From: an uncultured Gemmatimonadaceae bacterium
GTDB taxonomy: Bacteria > Gemmatimonadota > Gemmatimonadetes > Gemmatimonadales > Gemmatimonadaceae
Assembly: GCA_963822945.1 (NCBI GenBank)
Contig: CAWGJO010000020.1
Coordinates: 352,001-416,000 of the forward strand
DNA length: 64,000 nt
Direction: 5' to 3'
Shown piece after piece: positions 26,701 through 35,822 of the stretch. The notes beneath the pieces were generated by a model that made no database searches, was not told where the DNA came from, and saw nothing but the letters and a program-made list of their open reading frames with translations. Both the position numbers and the translations under genes were made by a program. Numbering within the stretch: position 1 is the first letter of the stretch; every line of letters starts with the position of its first letter.

Positions 26701-27724
26701 GACCATCGACTCGGTGACCGGCGGCATCGCGCGGATGTACGACAAGGTGCACCGGCGCGACGTGCTCGCGGGCGGCCCGGCCGCCAATGGGCTGCTGCTC
26801 ATGGTGGACCGGCCGAAGGACTACGACGCGTGGAACATCGACAACCTGAACGGCGCGCGCACCTGGCTCGTGGCGCGGGCCGGCGACGCGCACCCCAGGG
26901 TCACGCGCGATGCGTTCGGCAGCACGATCACGGTCTACCGCGGCAAGGACAGCTCGCTCGTCACGCAGCGCTACGAGCTGCCCGCCGACGCCGACCGGCT
27001 GGACGTGGAGACGATCGTCGGCTGGCACCAGTCGCATCAGCTGCTGAAGGCGGTGTTCCCGCTCGCCTTCCACGTGGACAGCACGCACGCCGAGATCCCG
27101 TACGCGGTGATCGGGCGGACCACGCGGCCGCGCACGCGGCAGGACAGCGCCCGCTTCGAGACGCCGATGCTCCGGTTCGTGGACGGCTCGGCCACCGACG
27201 GCAGCTATGGCGTGGCGATCGTGAACGGGGGCAAGTACGGCTACAGCGCCAGCGGCGACACGATCTTCGTGACGCTGCTTCGCTCGCCGAAATCGCCCGA
27301 CGAGCACGCCGACATGGGCACGCAGACGTTCCGGTACAGCATCGTGCCGCACGCGGGCGACTGGCGCTCGCCGGCCGTGCGGGCGGCCGCGCGCGCGCTC
27401 AACGAACCACTCCGCGCGGTGAGCGTCGACGCGCACGCCGGCCGCGGACGCGCCACGATCAGCCCGTTCACGATCACCGGCGGCACCGTGGAACTCGGGG
27501 CGCTCAAGCGTGCCGAAGACGGCAACGGCTGGATCGTGCGGCTGGTCGAGACCAGCGGCCGGCCGACGACGGCCGAGTTGCGGTTCGGCGCACCCGTCAC
27601 CGCGCAGGAGACCGACATGATCGAACGGCCGACGGGAAAGACGTTCAGCTCCAAGGGCAAGGTGCTCTCGATTCCGATGGGGGCGTGGGACATCGAAACG
27701 CTGCTCATTCCGGAGAAGCCGTGA
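23741..27724 (+). CDS. Secreted alpha-mannosidase (GH38) with long N-terminal extension
   Basis: Signal peptide; GNSHIDAAWLW, GGWWLEPD, WIPDTFG, YGVGDHGGGPT, ELYLEYHRG, NQFHDLLAGS; N-terminal SDDDVIVWLNG (PA14-like). Confidence 0.94.
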   Translation: MSMRTFRRSAACLALAALGAAPTVLAQQPAADGRICDRPIVPWLLIGPFPADTGAMRLDKQDVGDPAALQARAGERAAGHVWQPVAMDELGQFDFFKAFPATTLDNMAAYAETYLASPGDRTVRIGVESDDDVIVWLNGAVLEHHDVARGVGTATDTLTLHLHRGVNRLVYKVVNRGGGMGMGARFLSDSPDPVGDIVASDSPDVATPAAATASRFRVGPVAAPSMARLVDDGGHASLTVPLLVCAERGAAAEAEGVFALGGTSTRALIAAGGSHPAVTLVAPWGDLVRGALDGGARVSAAVFAPDSVGDVTNAPADRRGSAEVPVSPAALLGMLARPIQVGLWKQAALPTSAPLTSADWAPLDTVLADSSARRHLAAIGFAMTVPAELGGLTLQLHAGEFLPQATFTVNGMPVLADTLGRITLCAPCTAGSGVQFVLHPNGAYWWDPPVLRVADLGWHEIHDGAQWARFFTRDSTLPVPGDSVARALAAAALAPDKAQYHGIIGHWTQLLAPAVAKVRRDTIDVVGNSHIDAAWLWRWRETQDVIDRTWATATKLMAKYPDMHFAASAAVYYESLAKQRPDVLARIKELDREGRWNVVGGWWLEPDVNMPSGESLVRQGLYGQRTFIKMFGHPARVGWIPDTFGYPWSLPQIFLKSGMDFFVTQKLRWNDTDKWPARLNQFYWEGPDGSKIFSYIPYGYDSDLDPHTLATQERTTVDSSAVPRMMTLYGVGDHGGGPTMQMLERSHDLKRIPAFPVIRDDSPTDALTKMRAAFPADGPVVRDELYLEYHRGVFTTQAEMKWWNRHMEGLLDAAEAAATVSPAPYPHDALTTAWETTLFNQFHDLLAGSGIDSIYMDASNDYREANALAEGALATSLRALAAPLDTRPLRSTDVPMVAFNPSGVARSGVVRFEPPAGGDGADSAGAWTAIDARGRVLPSEPGDSGRIKVRVGPVPALGASVFFMRPSRLRAPSTVPGWTLENRFLRVTIDSVTGGIARMYDKVHRRDVLAGGPAANGLLLMVDRPKDYDAWNIDNLNGARTWLVARAGDAHPRVTRDAFGSTITVYRGKDSSLVTQRYELPADADRLDVETIVGWHQSHQLLKAVFPLAFHVDSTHAEIPYAVIGRTTRPRTRQDSARFETPMLRFVDGSATDGSYGVAIVNGGKYGYSASGDTIFVTLLRSPKSPDEHADMGTQTFRYSIVPHAGDWRSPAVRAAARALNEPLRAVSVDAHAGRGRATISPFTITGGTVELGALKRAEDGNGWIVRLVETSGRPTTAELRFGAPVTAQETDMIERPTGKTFSSKGKVLSIPMGAWDIETLLIPEKP

Positions 27725-27764
27725 AGCGACGGGCGGTAGTGCAGGAGTCGGCGGGGCGACGGCG

Positions 27765-28079
27765 ATGAGCCTTCGGGGCCTCCTGTCACCCAACCCGCGA
27801 CTCACGAAGCAGGAGTACGATCTGGCGCAGGCCATGGGGCGCAAGCGCTACGCCGTGCGGGGCGGTCTGCGCATGGCCCGTTGGCTGCTGCTGCTCAGCA
27901 TCGTGATCCTTGGCGCCCGGGGCTACATGGCCGGCAACTGGGCGCGGCTGCTCACGGTGCGCGTGGGGCTCGAAGTGCTCGCGCTGGTGGTCCTGTGTTC
28001 GGTGTTCGTGGGGTACACCACCTACGCGCTCATCTGGAAGGCGTTGATGCAGATGTTCGGGCCGAAGCCGGGGCCGTAA
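27765..28079 (+). CDS. Small hypothetical membrane protein (2 TM)
   Basis: 104-aa ORF with host codon bias and two hydrophobic segments. Confidence 0.7.
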   Translation: MSLRGLLSPNPRLTKQEYDLAQAMGRKRYAVRGGLRMARWLLLLSIVILGARGYMAGNWARLLTVRVGLEVLALVVLCSVFVGYTTYALIWKALMQMFGPKPGP

Positions 28080-28082
28080 CAC

Positions 28083-29321
28083 CTACATCGGCCACCCATC
28101 CCGCGGCAACCGCGTGGTGATCTTCAGCGCGTTCGCATAGTACACCTTCTTCAGCACGGAATCGGGCAGGTCGATGCCGTACAGCTTCCAGAAGGCGTGG
28201 TACGGCCGATAGTAGTCGAAGTATTCGTCCGACGTTTCGAGCACGCGCCAGTAGTACGGATACTCCTGTGGCTGGAAGGAATCCTTCCCGAACAGGATCC
28301 GGTCCTGGTACTTCACGAAGAAGTCGTGCGCCGCGCGCGGCTGCCGGCCGATGTCGTAGAGCACGGCGCCGATCTCCGTGTACACGTTGGGCATGTCGTC
28401 GAGCATCCGGCCCAGCGAGGCGAGATCGTTGGCGTGCCACCCCATGTGCGCCGCCACGAAGATCGTCTTCGGATGCCGGCGGAACAGGTTGTCGCGCTCC
28501 TTCATCAGCTCCTCGAAGCTGGGGTACCGATCGGGTGGGTAGCGCCGGTCGCTGAACAGCGCGAGTTCCAACCATCGCTCGTTGGTGTAGTCGATGGGTT
28601 GGAAGAACTCCTGCGGATCGGCCGTGTGGATGAACACCGGGATGCCCAGCCGCGCGCATTCGTCCCAGATTGGATCGAGTGCCGGGTCATCGATGCGAAG
28701 CCGCGATCCGTCGGGCTTCCGGATCGAGAGGCCGAGGCTCTTCGAGATCTCGCCGACGCCGACGGCGCCGGCCGCGACATCCGCGTCCAGCTGTTTGACC
28801 GCCCGCTCCGCCCATCCCGGGCCCACATCGCGGAAGTTGATCCCGGCCAGCACGAACACCCGGCCCTTCATCTTCGCCGACGCGCGGATGGTGGCGATCG
28901 TGCTCACCAGCCGGTCGCCCGACACGTTGTCGGCGGCGATCATCATCCGCACGTTGAGGCTGTCGAGGGCGGCGCCGAGTGTAGCCAGCCCCTGTTCGGA
29001 GCCGAGCAGGCGCTGCGGATGTCCGTGGAAATCGATGGCCGGATACTTCGCCCTCGGTCTCAGGTGCACCGCCGTCACGAGGGTCGAATGCGGCCGGTAG
29101 TCGACGATGCTGGGCGGCGTGAACTCCGGCGCCCGGCAGAGCTGCGGCCGGATCTCCGTCATGCCGGCGGGGCACGGTTCCCCATTCTTGATCTGGACGG
29201 TTGCGCCCCCGAACCCGCGACCGCCCGGACGGCCCGTCGGGGGAACCTGCGACGGGAGCGACCCGGCGAACACCGCAACGGCGGCGAGGGCACGAACGAG
29301 GCACGACGGTATGTGGCGCAT
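28083..29321 (-). CDS. Secreted amidohydrolase family 2 protein
   Basis: Signal peptide; IDFHGH, GVGEI, PVFIHTAD, FVAAHMG, DRILFGKD, VYYANA. Confidence 0.92.
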   Translation of the reverse strand: MRHIPSCLVRALAAVAVFAGSLPSQVPPTGRPGGRGFGGATVQIKNGEPCPAGMTEIRPQLCRAPEFTPPSIVDYRPHSTLVTAVHLRPRAKYPAIDFHGHPQRLLGSEQGLATLGAALDSLNVRMMIAADNVSGDRLVSTIATIRASAKMKGRVFVLAGINFRDVGPGWAERAVKQLDADVAAGAVGVGEISKSLGLSIRKPDGSRLRIDDPALDPIWDECARLGIPVFIHTADPQEFFQPIDYTNERWLELALFSDRRYPPDRYPSFEELMKERDNLFRRHPKTIFVAAHMGWHANDLASLGRMLDDMPNVYTEIGAVLYDIGRQPRAAHDFFVKYQDRILFGKDSFQPQEYPYYWRVLETSDEYFDYYRPYHAFWKLYGIDLPDSVLKKVYYANALKITTRLPRDGWPM

Positions 29322-29353
29322 GGCTGTCGGGGTGGGGGGTCACCGATGTTCGA

Positions 29354-29411
29354 GCGCAACGTTTCCTATTGTACCTCCGTTCTGGCTCCCCCGCGCGCCG
29401 GTTCGTAACTT
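29354..29411. promoter_or_regulatory. Divergent promoter region: TACAAT (- strand, 29368-29373), TAACTT (+ strand, 29406-29411) and an operator-like near-palindrome GCAACGTTTC
   Basis: AT-rich hexamers in a GC-rich background between divergent genes; AACGTT core as seen in LacI-family operators. Confidence 0.4.
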
Positions 29412-29475
29412 CGGACGAATTCCTTTCCTTTCCCGCCGCCCCTCGCCGGCCATCCGTCACGCCCGCCCGCCGAAC

Positions 29476-32400
29476 ATGCATCCGTCATCCCGTGGCATCC
29501 TGCATCGCGCGATCGCCGTCCTGGGGCTCGTCGCCGTGGTTCCCGCAATCGCCGGGGCGCAGGCTCCGAAGTCCACGAGCGCCGATGCCGTACACGACCT
29601 GCGCAACGTCCTGGCCCCCGGATACATCCTGCAGGACCGGAACCACGACGACGTGATCGATTTCGTGAATGCGAAGATCGTGCTCCCGGCCTCTGCCACC
29701 GAGGCCGGCCTCGCCGCCGCCGCCAACGTCGCCGCCCGGCTCGGCTACGAGACCTCCGCCGCCGACCTCGACCTCACGACCACCGACACCGCGCGCGTCG
29801 CCGCATACGACGTGCCCGTGATCCTCATCGGCGCCGACAATGCGCTGATCGCCCGGGCCGGCCCCGCGCTCGCGCGCGCCCTCGACGGATTGGCGCCGGG
29901 CCAGGGCGCGGTGGTGCGCATCGCGCCGAATGCGTTCTTCAAGCAGGGAGGCGTGTTGCTCGCCGGCGAAGACGGGTCCGGACTGCTGGCCGCGGCCGGC
30001 TACTTCTCGGGCCGCTACCCGAACGTCTGGAACACGCGCGGCATCACCTATGCCGACCTCACCGCCCGGGTGGACAGCTTCCTCACCGGCCACGAGGCGC
30101 CGCCCGCTGCGCTCTCGCTCGATCGTCTCGTGCTCGACGCGGGCCATCCCGGCGTGGCCCGCGCCGATATCGCCGTCGTTCTCGCGGACAGCGGTGCGGT
30201 CGGGCGCGCGGCGGCCGCCCTCGCCACCCCCGACTCCACGGTGCGATTCCCGGACCTCGATCGCGTGGACTTCGCCCTCGGCGGAGGCGGCATCGTGCGA
30301 CGCGTGCGCCTGCTGCCCCCCAGGCCGTGGGACACGAAGGCCGGCGACCAGTACGCCCCGCGCGACAACCCGTCGTTCTCCCTCGACGACCTGTACACCA
30401 TCAAGGGGTTGTTCCGCGATTCCAATCAGGATCTGCTGCCCGACCGCACCGAGGCCTTCGTCTCGCTGCACGGCACGCAATCGCCGGACGAACTGGCGGC
30501 GTTCGCCGAGCGGGTGGGACTGGAAACCACCGGCATGCGGCTGCCGTTCGTGACCGTGAGTGGCGAGGACGATCATCCCGAGAAGTCGGGCTTCCCCATC
30601 GTGTACGGCGTGGACCACTACCAGACGCGCCGCCTGCGGGAGGCCGGGGAGTTGATCGGCGACCCGGCCGTGGCCGGCGAGGGTTTCATGGAGTTCGTGA
30701 AGCGCGGATTCGACGGCAAGAACGGACTCGTCATCGGAGGCGGCGACAAGGCGGGCCTCGACGCGATCACCGACTATGCCGCCCGCCGCATGCCGTATCT
30801 GTGGCAGTACGGCAAGGGCAACTACCAACTGGCCGACGCGCAGACCGAGGTCCGCCGCTTCCTGCAGGCCAGAGAGGGGCCGGGCCAGACGGCGCTTGCC
30901 GTGTACAAACTCGGACAGTGGCTCGACCGCCTGCAGGGCAAGCAGATCGATTCCATCGGCGTCGAGATCGCCGCGAAGGACCGCTACGCCGGTCTCGATA
31001 CGTACGCCGAGCAGATGGTGCACTCGCGCTTTCCGAACGCCAGGGTCACCGTGCTGACGCAGAAGACCGGCTTCGGCGACGGGAAGACGATCTTCACCCA
31101 GGAGGCGACGCTCCCCTGGGAGGTGGACACCTTCTGGAAGGATTTCCGGTCCGGGGCGCTGCCCAAACTCTCCGCGTCGAGCCATGGCACGATCGAGGTG
31201 CGGCTCAGCGAGTCGCCCGCCGAGCGCCGGAAGATCGCCGCACAGATCGAGCACGAGCTGGCGAGCCGGGGCGTGCCCGCCGGTGCGATGGATGTGAAGG
31301 TGTTGAGCGCCTACAAGCAGGGCTACGGCTGGCTGCACGACGTGATCCTGCCGCAGCTCCAGGGCAAGCCCGTGGCCCACATCGCCATCACGTACCTCTC
31401 GCTCAAGGACTCCAAGGAGGTGCGCTGGAGCCAGGTGGAGTCGCCCACCCGCTGGCTGCAGGAGTTGTATCCGATCGACGACGTGATGGCCAAGCAGCTC
31501 GGAATCTCCGACTCGGCGATCACCTTCATCCCCACCGACCGGACCGATCCCATCTACACCGTGAAGGCGACCGACGCGGCCGGGCACACGATCCTGTCGG
31601 CTTCGTTCGATCCGAAGTACGTGATCCGGCCGATGTTCGACCTCTTTCCGGCCTACGAGCACATCCGCGTCACCACGGGATGGGTCCACGTGGTGGACCG
31701 CGGCAAGACCGTGCTCGATCAACGCGTGGAGACCGACCCCGAGACCTTCTGGGACTACTTCCAGCAGAAGACCTATCCGAAGATCGCCGACTACTTCATG
31801 GACGTGCAGGACGGACGGCCGTCGCAGAGCTACGCGCCCTACTTCGACCGCCTCGACGTCTCGCTCTCGGCGAGCGAGCCGAACTATCGCATCGGGATCG
31901 ACGAGGAGCAGATCTCGTCGATGGAGGCGATTCACGAGGACATCTACTTCGAGACTCTCACCCTGTTCGACCTGCTCGGCGGGCGGTGGGGGATCGGCAA
32001 CGTGAACTACCCCGGGCGCATCCTGCCGCACATCGGCCTTCCGGTGGACGGCCAGCCGCCCCGCGTGAAGATCAGCCTCACCGGCAGGGACAACGTCGTG
32101 CCGCGGCTGGTGATGGCGTATCGCGAACGTGGACACGACCCCGTGCGCGACCAGTACGACCTGTCGCCGCTGCCCACCCCATCGCCGGAACTGCACGGCA
32201 TTCGGGTGAAGACCGGTGCCGACGGAGTCGCGCAGCTCATGTTCGACGTCACGGCCAACGACTCGTCGTACGCCTGGAACGACTATAAGCTCCGCGGTTC
32301 GGAGGAGCAGGTCGATCGTCAGATGCTGCCGGCCGATCTTCTGGCCGGCATGGTGCGCGCCATGGCCCGGCTCCACGCGCAGGGCGTGGCGGACAGCGCG

Positions 32401-33798
32401 ATGAGCTTCGACCGGGTGGGCTCCCTGCTCTTTCACATCACCCTGCACGACTCGACGGCCAGGTACAGCCGGTTCGCGCAGATGGTGCGCAGCGCGCACC
32501 CGATGTCCACCGTGCGCCCGGTGCTCTATGCGAAGGACTTCAGGTATCGCGGGCAGCAGATCGTGCAATGGGACACGCCGATCCCACCCCCCGAGGCGGA
32601 TTCGGACATGGCGAAGTTCGCCACCTTCCCCGGAGTCCATCCGTACTGGGTGGGCCGTTCGTTCCTGGGCAAGAACATCTTCGCCGAGGACTTCCTGCCG
32701 CCCACGGTTTCGAAGTTCGTGTCGCAGGCCAAACTCGACGCGCTCAAGCCCACGCTGCTGCTCTCGGGACGCCAGCATGCGAACGAGGTATCGAGCACCA
32801 GCTACATCCTGCGGTTCGGCGAGCAGCTGGCCACCGACACCAATTACGCGAAGCTGCTGCGCAAGGTGAACATCGTGCTGCATCCGATCATGAACGCCGA
32901 CGGCGCGCAGCTCGACTACGACTATCAGAAGATCACGCCGGACTACATGCTCCACGCCAGCTATCTGGGCGCGCTCGGTGTGGACGCGACCACCGGCGCC
33001 GGCACCGAGGACCCGGTGTATCCGGAGTCGAACGTGCGCCCCGAACTGCAGGCCATGTGGGTACCCGACATCTTCATGAACCTGCACGGCTACCCCAGCC
33101 ACGAATGGGTGCAACTCTTCGCCGGCTACTCGGCGTGGGTGCGCGGCCGCACCGGCGAATCGCGGCAGTGGTGGGCACCGCGCGGGTGGTTCGTGCCGGG
33201 CTTCAACTACGTGGACGACCCGGCGCACCCGCAGTGGAAGGAGGCGCAGTTCGCGATCCTCGACACGGTGGCGGCGGCAATCACCGGTGACTCGGCGGTG
33301 CAGGCCATGAACCACCGGTTGTACGGCCGCTATCGGAAGTACGGTCAGCAGGACGTCGAGAACTTTCGCGAGTACTTCCACAACGGCATCCTGGTCTATC
33401 AGTCGTTGCGCGGGCGTCCGCTCGACGGCGGTGGGCGGGGAGGACGCGGCGGGCGCCCCGGGGCGTCGTCGCCGCTCAACAGTCCGCGCATCAGCTACTT
33501 CTCCATGGTCACCGAGGCGCCCGACGAAACGGCACGGGGCGACTGGCTCAAGCTGGTGGCCGGCGCCGGGCTCACCGAGGTCCATGCGCTGGCCCGATAC
33601 CTCGCCGAAGGGGAGAACCGGGTCAAGCACGAGGTGGCGGAGTATGACGGGTTCGTGAACCGGAGCGAAGCACGGGTGAAGCCGGTGCTGCCCAGGGGGT
33701 CGGATGCGGGCCGAAAGCCGGGGCGCGGCGGTGCGGCGCGACCGGGCGCCCGACGCGGGCGTGGCGGCGGCGGGCCGGGGCAAGAGCAGCCGCGTTAA
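29476..33798 (+). CDS. Large (~1440 aa) secreted M14-family zinc metallopeptidase
   Basis: Signal peptide; C-terminal domain with GRQHANE (HxxE), IMNADG, FMNLHG, VTEAPDE; duplicated N-terminal domains; RGG-rich tail. Confidence 0.88.
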   Translation: MHPSSRGILHRAIAVLGLVAVVPAIAGAQAPKSTSADAVHDLRNVLAPGYILQDRNHDDVIDFVNAKIVLPASATEAGLAAAANVAARLGYETSAADLDLTTTDTARVAAYDVPVILIGADNALIARAGPALARALDGLAPGQGAVVRIAPNAFFKQGGVLLAGEDGSGLLAAAGYFSGRYPNVWNTRGITYADLTARVDSFLTGHEAPPAALSLDRLVLDAGHPGVARADIAVVLADSGAVGRAAAALATPDSTVRFPDLDRVDFALGGGGIVRRVRLLPPRPWDTKAGDQYAPRDNPSFSLDDLYTIKGLFRDSNQDLLPDRTEAFVSLHGTQSPDELAAFAERVGLETTGMRLPFVTVSGEDDHPEKSGFPIVYGVDHYQTRRLREAGELIGDPAVAGEGFMEFVKRGFDGKNGLVIGGGDKAGLDAITDYAARRMPYLWQYGKGNYQLADAQTEVRRFLQAREGPGQTALAVYKLGQWLDRLQGKQIDSIGVEIAAKDRYAGLDTYAEQMVHSRFPNARVTVLTQKTGFGDGKTIFTQEATLPWEVDTFWKDFRSGALPKLSASSHGTIEVRLSESPAERRKIAAQIEHELASRGVPAGAMDVKVLSAYKQGYGWLHDVILPQLQGKPVAHIAITYLSLKDSKEVRWSQVESPTRWLQELYPIDDVMAKQLGISDSAITFIPTDRTDPIYTVKATDAAGHTILSASFDPKYVIRPMFDLFPAYEHIRVTTGWVHVVDRGKTVLDQRVETDPETFWDYFQQKTYPKIADYFMDVQDGRPSQSYAPYFDRLDVSLSASEPNYRIGIDEEQISSMEAIHEDIYFETLTLFDLLGGRWGIGNVNYPGRILPHIGLPVDGQPPRVKISLTGRDNVVPRLVMAYRERGHDPVRDQYDLSPLPTPSPELHGIRVKTGADGVAQLMFDVTANDSSYAWNDYKLRGSEEQVDRQMLPADLLAGMVRAMARLHAQGVADSAMSFDRVGSLLFHITLHDSTARYSRFAQMVRSAHPMSTVRPVLYAKDFRYRGQQIVQWDTPIPPPEADSDMAKFATFPGVHPYWVGRSFLGKNIFAEDFLPPTVSKFVSQAKLDALKPTLLLSGRQHANEVSSTSYILRFGEQLATDTNYAKLLRKVNIVLHPIMNADGAQLDYDYQKITPDYMLHASYLGALGVDATTGAGTEDPVYPESNVRPELQAMWVPDIFMNLHGYPSHEWVQLFAGYSAWVRGRTGESRQWWAPRGWFVPGFNYVDDPAHPQWKEAQFAILDTVAAAITGDSAVQAMNHRLYGRYRKYGQQDVENFREYFHNGILVYQSLRGRPLDGGGRGGRGGRPGASSPLNSPRISYFSMVTEAPDETARGDWLKLVAGAGLTEVHALARYLAEGENRVKHEVAEYDGFVNRSEARVKPVLPRGSDAGRKPGRGGAARPGARRGRGGGGPGQEQPR

Positions 33799-33866
33799 GC
33801 AAATCCTAATCTTGAGTTAATCTCCTCCTTCTTCCGCAGCGCCGGGATCGGCGTAGCGTAGCCATC

Positions 33867-34559
33867 ATGACCCCGCCCCCGAGCGGCGCCCGGGCTCGAC
33901 CCCGCCGCAATACGTCCGGTGTTCCCCCGATCCTCGCCGCCGCGCTGATCGCGGCCGCCGCAGGATGCTTTCGCCCGGCCATGGCGCCGACGCCGATGCC
34001 GGCCACTCCGGAAGTGTCCATTTACCGGACCGTCGCCGAATCCGTGTACGTGCGGAACACCGGGCGCTCCGTGGGCATCGTGACCGCCCCGCTCGACACG
34101 AACTGCATGGAGACGAACTGCCGGCCGTTCATGACCCGGTGGGGGCTCGACCCCCTGTGGTGGGCCACGGGCGATTCGGCCGACGCCATTGCGGCGCGCA
34201 ACGATCTGTTGTCGCGCATCGCCAAGCCGCTGACGCTGGCGAGCGTGGCCACCGGTCAGCTCCTGCTGCAGTCCGTAGCACCCGACTCGGCGGCGCTCGT
34301 CGCCGCGCAGCCCGACACCGCGCACTGGAAGGCGTTCAAGGAGCGCCACGGCGGCGCGTCGGGATTCCTCTGGTTCTCCCCCATCGGGTTCGACCTGCCG
34401 CACCGCTCCGCCATCGTGTTCGTCGACTGGCAGTGCGGTCCCGCCTGCGGCCATACCGTCGCCGTCGCGCTCCGCGCCGACGAGGCGGGCACGTGGCGCA
34501 TCGACGACATGCTGCTCATTTCCTCACGGACCCCGCAGTCGAATCGCGGAGGCCGCTGA
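33867..34559 (+). CDS. Hypothetical lipoprotein with two Cys pairs
   Basis: Hydrophobic signal ending AAGC; CMETNC and CGPACG motifs. Confidence 0.78.
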   Translation: MTPPPSGARARPRRNTSGVPPILAAALIAAAAGCFRPAMAPTPMPATPEVSIYRTVAESVYVRNTGRSVGIVTAPLDTNCMETNCRPFMTRWGLDPLWWATGDSADAIAARNDLLSRIAKPLTLASVATGQLLLQSVAPDSAALVAAQPDTAHWKAFKERHGGASGFLWFSPIGFDLPHRSAIVFVDWQCGPACGHTVAVALRADEAGTWRIDDMLLISSRTPQSNRGGR

Positions 34560-34575
34560 CCTTCCCCCACCCCGC

Positions 34576-35367
34576 ATGCCCACCCCCGGCACCTCGCACA
34601 GCATACGACCGACGGCGCTCACGCGTGACGTGAGCGACGCCATCGTGCGTTGCGAGCTCACACATCGCGATCGGGTGCCGATCGACGTGGACCTGGCCCG
34701 CGCGCAGCACCTCGCATACGAGGAGGGCCTGCGCCACGTGGGTTGCACGGTGGAGCGCGTTTCGCCCGCGCCCGACCTGCCCGACGCCGTATTCATCGAG
34801 GATACGGCACTGGTCTTCGACGAGATCGCCGTGATGACGCTCCCCGGCGCCCAATCGCGTCGCGCCGAACTGCCGGCGGTGGAGCATGCGCTCGCGGCGC
34901 ACCGGCCCGTGGCGCGCATCGAGCCACCGGGCACGCTCGACGGCGGCGACGTGCTCGTCGTGGACCGTCACGTCTTCGTGGGATCGTCGTCCCGCACGAA
35001 CGAAGCCGGCATCGGGCAGCTCCGCACGATTCTCTGTCCGTTCGGCTACACGGTGGAGGCGGTGCCGGTGTTGGGGTGCCTGCACCTCAAGTCGGCGGTG
35101 ACGGCCCTGGGCGGGAAGACGCTGCTCATCAATCGCGCCTGGACGCGGGCCGACACCTTTCGCTCGTACGATCTCGTGGACGTGCATCCGTTCGAGCCGG
35201 CGGCGGCGAATGCGTTGCGGATCGGCGACCAGGTGATCTACCCCGCCGAATTTCCGCGCACCGCCGAACGACTGGAGCGCCGCGGCTTGAAGCTGCTCAC
35301 CGTACCGGCCAGCGAATTGGCCAAGGCGGAGGGCGGGGTCACGTGTTGCAGCTTGATCGTCTGGTAG
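34576..35367 (+). CDS. ddaH: Dimethylarginine dimethylaminohydrolase (amidinotransferase superfamily)
   Basis: AQHLAY, PDAVFIEDTA, SRRAE, LDGGDV, SRTN, LHLKS, EGGVTCCS catalytic motifs. Confidence 0.93.
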   Translation: MPTPGTSHSIRPTALTRDVSDAIVRCELTHRDRVPIDVDLARAQHLAYEEGLRHVGCTVERVSPAPDLPDAVFIEDTALVFDEIAVMTLPGAQSRRAELPAVEHALAAHRPVARIEPPGTLDGGDVLVVDRHVFVGSSSRTNEAGIGQLRTILCPFGYTVEAVPVLGCLHLKSAVTALGGKTLLINRAWTRADTFRSYDLVDVHPFEPAAANALRIGDQVIYPAEFPRTAERLERRGLKLLTVPASELAKAEGGVTCCSLIVW

Positions 35368-35542
35368 GCGTCGGAGGGCGAAAGGCGGGAACGGGCGGGC
35401 TGCGCCGTGTAGGGCAACCGCCCTCGGGCGCGCACCGATTCCCTGATGCATGGGAGCACGCGGGGCCGATTATTTGCGACGTACGCGGGGCGACTCGCAG
35501 CTGCATCCCGCTTCACGGCTTCACCGAAAGACGGACCCGACC

Positions 35543-35716
35543 ATGCGGAATCTTCACCTCGGCGCAAACTTCGCCATCTTCCTGCTCTTCTTCGGCCTCT
35601 CGCTCCTCGAGGCCGTTCGCGCGCACTCGTGGACCATGGCCGCGCTCTGGGCATCCTTCGCGGTGCTGTTCCTCGTAGCCGACCGGCGCGAGCATCGCGC
35701 CGAAGCGCGCCGCTAG
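35543..35716 (+). CDS. Small membrane protein (57 aa, 2 TM)
   Basis: MRNLHLGANFAIFLLFFGLSLLEAVRAHSWTMAALWASFAVLFLVADRR…; GGA SD; host codon bias. Confidence 0.7.
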   Translation: MRNLHLGANFAIFLLFFGLSLLEAVRAHSWTMAALWASFAVLFLVADRREHRAEARR

Positions 35717-35822
35717 ACGAATCCAGCCGCCGCGGCGACATTCGGACGTCGCACGCGCCCCGGGTGTGCCCCCGCACGCCCGCGCCGGCGCCGTGCCGCC
35801 GACTCGAACCGCGGGGCTTTTC

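Noticed and set aside
22955..27844. Very long antisense ORFs (1629 aa here; also 29485-33783, 13242-16247, 3836-6163)
   Set aside because: Shadow ORFs opposite well-supported genes; expected at this GC content and codon bias; no recognisable motifs
35368..35542. Possible riboswitch in the ddaH-microprotein intergenic region
   Set aside because: Only short GC stems; I could not match the conserved core of any known aptamer
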